A DNA stretch of 64,000 nt from Nemertoderma westbladi (taxonomy: Eukaryota > Animalia > Xenacoelomorpha). Of the stretch, positions 58,575 to 64,000 are shown in pieces. How positions within the stretch are numbered: the stretch's first letter is position 1; each line of letters starts with the position of its first letter. The stretch lies in NCBI GenBank assembly GCA_032718475.1, contig JAUCBJ010006450.1, positions 1-64,000 of the forward strand, read 5' to 3'. The position numbers and the translations under genes were made by a program. The notes below the pieces were generated by a model, which was given only the letters and a program-made list of their open reading frames with translations, did no database searches and was not told the DNA's origin.

Positions 58575-61382
58575 CTATCCAGAACTATAGAACGTTGCAC
58601 CATCTTCATATTCGTCCGCTTCTCCTTCTTGGTCTAGCACGACTTGGGTGATATTACTGCAATCAGTTCCTCGGCAGTCACTGCAAGCAGTTACACATGT
58701 CAGCCCGTGTTTTCGACAAGAACATAGCTTTGTGCCACAGCAATTTCTCGACGAGATCTTACACTTACATCTTATAAAATTGAGAATTTCCTCTGGAGCA
58801 GGATCTAAATCCGTCATTACAGGTATATACTTGTCATTCTTCACCTCCCACCCCCACTGGCAAGGATCCAGTAGACACTTACCAAGACTCTTCCAAACAA
58901 CAACTTGCAGGTGAACGCGAAGGGCGTGGAATAAGGCTGCTCGTTCAGTCGGGGGAAGTCGATCAGGTTGCAACTTCTTGGTTGATGTCGCAGTAAACTC
59001 CATATATCGGATATATCTGAGTGTATCAAGTGAATCCCCAGGTTTTCCGGAATACATTTTATTAAATATCTTTTGCCCTGCACTCGCAACATCGGTTTGT
59101 AAAGAATTTTCATTATTTATCGTTTCACAACAGCGAAGGATCTCTTGTGATCTGTGAATGAGTTTAATTAGCTCACATTTTCCATACCCAAAAATTGCAG
59201 AAGTTGAGTCACATCCACCCCAAGCGTGAATTACAAGTAGATTATGGATTACATCTGAGCTAATTTTTTCTACTATGTCTCGAATTCTAACCAGAGTTGG
59301 ACACCAATGGTACAGCAAAAGAACAAGAACATCGGTGTCATCAGCTTCCACAATCACAGTGTCTCCTTTTGCAGCCAATCGCAGTGCTTCAAAGACAATA
59401 TCTGTATCAGCATCGCCTTTACTTTGAACTACTGAGTGTCCATTTGCTGTAAAGAGGCGAGACAACATCTTTATCAACTGATCTTTATTCATCTCATTGT
59501 ACAAAAACAGATTCTGAGGGACAGCTACTTGCAAGTCATCACGAATTTGAATGTTGGCAGATGTTTTCCTTGACCGTCGCTGATGTTCTTGGTCTTTTAT
59601 TGATGGGCCCGCATTGTATCCATCAAAAACAATGTTGGATGGGCCATACTTTGCTTCTATATATTTCAGATATTGAGCAACTATATCTCTGTACATACCT
59701 TTTGGTAGCCACCGTACCCTGTGAAGTAGAGCACCACCATCTAAAACATGTGAAGCATGTTCTGGTGAATGGGATTCTGGAATACCAGCAGTAAGGTGAT
59801 GTGCTAGAACCGCTTTGTTTGTTTTTCGCATTTGAGAATCCTTGAATAATGAAGTTGGAAAAGGAGTGAGCTCAAATTTGAAATACGGAGTCAGATCTTC
59901 ACATCTTTCCATAACAATGATAAGTCGGGAAAACAAAGCATTTGGATCAATATGAATAGCTTGTCCTTCAATCTTTATGCATTTCTCTAAGTTTATTAGG
60001 GTGGAAATTTGATCACTTCTTTTCAGTGAGCTCTCCAAAACGCTCACATTATCGAGATTCTTTTGGATAGAATGACCAACTGCCTCTACATCATCACAAT
60101 TTATGCCATCGCCATCAGAAGCCGTTAAACCTGATGATAATGATCTCAACCCAGGGAGGTTTGTGTCAAATGGGTTATGTTGGGATATCCAATTGATAAT
60201 TTCAACCATGTCGTCAAAATCCCTTGTTCTTCTTGCGGTAGTAAGCTCCACATGCTGTTCTCTGGTCTTGTGAGAATGTCCTGTCAGTGTGGTCATGGCA
60301 TAATGCACTTGGGCACATTCATGGATACTGTATACCCACATCAATCTAACAGATTCTGTAATCCCTCGACCTCTAGTAAGACCTCCTCTGCTCTTGATAG
60401 ATCTCATCATGACTTGTTCGATGATAAGATCAGTCCATAAGCCAGACCAGTAACGATCACTGCGCCGAACAGAGTGAAACCCATACTGTGAGAACTGCCG
60501 ATACAACCATTGGTGTTTTTTAGGCAATTCCAGCATCCATTGCAAATACAAACGAGCACTCTTCGCATAATTAAAATGTCCTGTTGCCGCAAATATATTT
60601 ATCATCCTCCCAACTGCTACAAGATGCGTATTCCAATCTCCGGTTCTCTCTGCACGAATGAACAACTTCAGGGTGTTAACACACTCAATATAAGAAAGCC
60701 ACAACTTTGCTGTTCTAGATCTTTCCTTTAGTTCATTCATTACACAATTAAGAACTTTCTCCAGTTTCAAAAGTGGAGTTGAATTACTTACATCATGAAT
60801 GCTGATATCATGAGTACTGAGCTTCATATACAACTCCTTTAGCTCCTCCACCTCTTCATGGTCCAATTTTTCAGTTAAATCTTGATTCAATTCCACTGTA
60901 CGCTTATGGTGATTCTCAACATCTTCAGTTGCTGCTGGTTTTCCTATATCCTTTCCCTTTTCTTCTTCATCCATGCTGCTTATGACTCCCTCTCCCATGA
61001 CAGTTGGTTCTCCCACTTCAGGTGCTAGTGGGAAAACTGTATCAAAAATGTTTATCATCAAAGCTGCTTCTACTATGAAATGCGCCCGTATTGCTCTTGA
61101 TATAGCCTTTCCAGAAAGAATATGTGGGACTGAGTTCACACCATAGATTGTATTTAACAGCTCAGACAATCCAGAACCATTCATTAAACTGCCAATGCTT
61201 CCTAAAAATCTCATCATCATATGAAAACCTCCCAGCCGGCAAACTATGCCCATTGATTTTGCATCAATAATTTCTACAGCTTTTCTCCACAAGGGTTGGT
61301 CAAAGGTGATGCAAGGAGTTGGAATATTGAGATGTTCTGCTTGGTTTTTAACAAATAACAGTGACAAGCTACCATAAAACAT
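58575..61382 (-). CDS. Academ-type DNA transposon protein (transposase, XPG-like nuclease, Cys-rich finger), probably 5'-truncated
   Basis: TFDQPL..RLGGFH, RAERTGDW, TDLIIEQ; XPG/PIN-like LDGGALLH, VFDGY, DADT, DDTDV, GCDSTS; LPPT, WGW, CKCK..CSCRKHGLTC..C..C. Candidate terminus TAGTCTGGTC at ~57722. Confidence 0.85.
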   Translation of the reverse strand: MFYGSLSLLFVKNQAEHLNIPTPCITFDQPLWRKAVEIIDAKSMGIVCRLGGFHMMMRFLGSIGSLMNGSGLSELLNTIYGVNSVPHILSGKAISRAIRAHFIVEAALMINIFDTVFPLAPEVGEPTVMGEGVISSMDEEEKGKDIGKPAATEDVENHHKRTVELNQDLTEKLDHEEVEELKELYMKLSTHDISIHDVSNSTPLLKLEKVLNCVMNELKERSRTAKLWLSYIECVNTLKLFIRAERTGDWNTHLVAVGRMINIFAATGHFNYAKSARLYLQWMLELPKKHQWLYRQFSQYGFHSVRRSDRYWSGLWTDLIIEQVMMRSIKSRGGLTRGRGITESVRLMWVYSIHECAQVHYAMTTLTGHSHKTREQHVELTTARRTRDFDDMVEIINWISQHNPFDTNLPGLRSLSSGLTASDGDGINCDDVEAVGHSIQKNLDNVSVLESSLKRSDQISTLINLEKCIKIEGQAIHIDPNALFSRLIIVMERCEDLTPYFKFELTPFPTSLFKDSQMRKTNKAVLAHHLTAGIPESHSPEHASHVLDGGALLHRVRWLPKGMYRDIVAQYLKYIEAKYGPSNIVFDGYNAGPSIKDQEHQRRSRKTSANIQIRDDLQVAVPQNLFLYNEMNKDQLIKMLSRLFTANGHSVVQSKGDADTDIVFEALRLAAKGDTVIVEADDTDVLVLLLYHWCPTLVRIRDIVEKISSDVIHNLLVIHAWGGCDSTSAIFGYGKCELIKLIHRSQEILRCCETINNENSLQTDVASAGQKIFNKMYSGKPGDSLDTLRYIRYMEFTATSTKKLQPDRLPPTERAALFHALRVHLQVVVWKSLGKCLLDPCQWGWEVKNDKYIPVMTDLDPAPEEILNFIRCKCKISSRNCCGTKLCSCRKHGLTCVTACSDCRGTDCSNITQVVLDQEGEADEYEDGATFYSSG

Positions 61383-61705
61383 ATCTACTGAGGTTCTAGA
61401 ACACTAACCAATATCAAATAACACTCAAAAACACAAAAAAAATAATGGTTAAAAAACTCATTCGGGGTGCTACTGTCCCGGGGGATATTATCCGGTCTTT
61501 ACCGATGTTTTACTGATATATTTCTTTCAGCTGATGACGATATTTTGCTACCTGAAAATTTCTCCGATTATAACAGCAACTTAAACGACATTGTGATCCT
61601 GACACAAATCTTAAACTAAATTTATCCGCCATAATTGTCTACCTATTATCACTTAACATTCAATTTGACATACTAACATTAATTTACTGAAACTTTTCTA
61701 ACTGA

Positions 61706-62333
61706 TGACACTGACTTAGATTAGATTACAGTGCCGGATTAAGCCTCTGGTGGCCCTAAGGCACATTTTAGTAATTTCCAAAAATGGCCCGAAAGTTGAT
61801 ATTTTTCCGCAAACCCTTTCAAAAGAAAAAGCTGCTAAAAACAACTGAAATTGTGAAAATGTTGCGAAGGAAATATGAAGTATTTTCGTTGGATGACTGC
61901 GTGCAAATAAGTACTGACACTGACTTAGATTAGATTACAGTGCCGGATTAAGCCTCTGGTGGCCCTAAGGCACATTTTAGTAATTTCCAAAAATGGCCCG
62001 AAAGTTGATATTTTTCCGCAAACCCTTTCAAAAGAAAAAGCTGCTAAAAACAACTGAAATTGTGAAAATGTTGCGAAGGAAATATGAAGTATTTTCGTTG
62101 GATGACTGCGTGCAAATAAGTACTGACACTGACTTAGATTAGATTACAGTGCCGGATTAAGCCTCTGGTGGCCCTAAGGCACATTTTAGTAATTTCCAAA
62201 AATGGCCCGAAAGTTGATATTTTTCCGCAAACCCTTTCAAAAGAAAAAGCTGCTAAAAACAACTGAAATTGTGAAAATGTTGCGAAGGAAATATAAAGTA
62301 TTTTCGTTGGATGACTGCGTGCAAATAAGTACT
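61706..62333 (+). repeat. 209-bp tandem repeat x3 containing a hAT-like terminus (CAGTGCCGGATTAAG)
   Basis: CAGTGCCGGATT at 61729, 61938 and 62147. Confidence 0.93.
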
Positions 62334-63719
62334 AAGTACTATTTTGTGATAGACAAAGTGTAGCAAATCGTTACAAAATCGGTTCTAGAAGATCCAAATG
62401 GCCATGTTTTACAAACCAATATTCACGATTGTAGCCCTAAAGATGCTAAACATTTTGGTATATGTTTAATGGAAATTGAATACAAAAAAAGTAGTAGGGA
62501 ATTTAGTGATGAAAAAAGTCAAAATCGACAAACTGATAAAAAGGTTGTTTTATACAGAGAGGCATAAATATCAGCAATATATTATGTTGTTGAAAAGAGC
62601 AGTTTTGAGGTCAAAAAATAATTCAATGTTGAAAACAGATATCACCTTTTATGAAAGCCCTTCTATCAAACTACAAAAAAATTTGTAAATTTTCGAAAAT
62701 TTCATTTCTGTGGGTGTTATAGTTAGCCCCCTTAAGGCTGACTGGCCCCTGTAGGCATTTAGCAATTTTGATCGAATCGTGGGAATGTGTTATTTATTTG
62801 CTGTAGGTTTTGCAGGGTACTTATCTTTACAGGACTTGCTGATAAATATAACACACCAAAAGTGTGGGCTTAGTGCAAAGATATAATATTTCTGATCTAG
62901 ATTTGGACTTGCTGAGAAAGTAATGTTCTTCGATAAGAGAACAGTCTCGGAAATAAGTACTTTTTGTCACTAATTTTAATTTACCCAAATTCAATTATGC
63001 TGTCCGACAGTTTTAGGTTTTGCCAGAATTGCACCTAAAATGCCATCGTATGCAAAATGCAATACACGAGGGCAGAACATCTGAATTTCGGTTAAATTAG
63101 GGGGAGATTGTACCCCAGTACTTTTCAAAAATATTAAAATTTTCGAATTTTTTTTTTATTAATTCTAAATCAGAATTTAACGCAGATTTCAGAAATCGAA
63201 ATCCTAACATCACATCATAAGCTTAAGTTGTCTGTTTTTCTTTTTGTCTGTCTATTGGTCTGTTTTTCTGTTTGTCAACAAATTATGGATATAAAAATAT
63301 ACACCACCTAACTAAAATAATTGCTACATGGGTTTTCGTGGTCGCGGATTTCATTTCCGGGGTCAGTTTTCAAATTTGACGTAATCTAGTTTGTCTGTCC
63401 GTCTGTCGGTCTGTCTGTCAAAAACATAACGAATCACACTACGTAAGGTTTTAGGGTCGGTGATTTCATTTCTGGTGTTATCTTTCCTGTTTGGAGGAGT
63501 CTATTATGCCTTTATATTTGTCTGTCAGTCGATCTGTCTGTACATACAGACAGACTTAAACAGACAGTCTAGGTTCATGCAATTATTAAAAATGACATGG
63601 GAAATGAAATCAGCAACCAGGAAAACCCCATATCATAAATTATAGTTACTTATTACTTACTTATTTATTGTCTGTGAGATTGACAGTCAGACAGACAGAC
63701 AGACAGAATGACAGACAGA

Positions 63720-64000
63720 CAGGCAGTCTACATAGCAGGCTACTCACGACCATTAACTACTAACAGAACATACGATAAGAAGAACCGGGGTGGCACTGCA
63801 ATTTATATAAAATACGAACTAACTGTAACAGAAAGGAAAGATATTACAATACCACATTGTGAATCTACTTTGGGAGACTATTTCTTGGAAAACGATAACA
63901 ATTCACCCACGAAACCACTTATCGTAGGTTCAATATATAGATCCGATTCGTGCAATATCTCAGATTTCAACGAAAACTGAAATACAACATTATCCACACT
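63720..64000 (+). mobile_element. CR1/L2-clade LINE endonuclease fragment
   Basis: IAGY...NR...RGGTAIYIK...CES...IVGSIYR; preceded by a (GACA)n-rich DINE-like repeat. Confidence 0.7.

Overview
Eukaryotic (animal-like, probably invertebrate) genomic DNA made almost entirely of transposons, with one host gene (KCMF1, exons 1-5 at 43309-48448) and an ataxin-2 pseudogene fragment. The centre is a full-length ~25 kb Bel/Pao LTR retrotransposon on the minus strand (14263-39227, TG...CA LTRs of ~2.2 kb, TAGGG target-site duplication). It is nested in a decayed RTE-like LINE, and each of its LTRs carries a further insertion. Its unusual feature is the env position, which holds an extra coding region for a WRN/EXD/Mut-7-like DEDDy 3'-5' exonuclease followed by three CCHC zinc knuckles and RGRG motifs, behind a candidate splice acceptor. 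The element also carries at least seven copies of a small sense-strand stem-loop (stem with a YGYG loop) spaced 1.1-2.6 kb apart, and it lacks a normal tRNA primer-binding site. Other elements: a truncated gag-like ORF at the window start, hAT, Merlin and Academ transposons, several MITEs, intronic minisatellites and a CR1-like fragment. All family calls come from motifs read by eye; no database searches were run.
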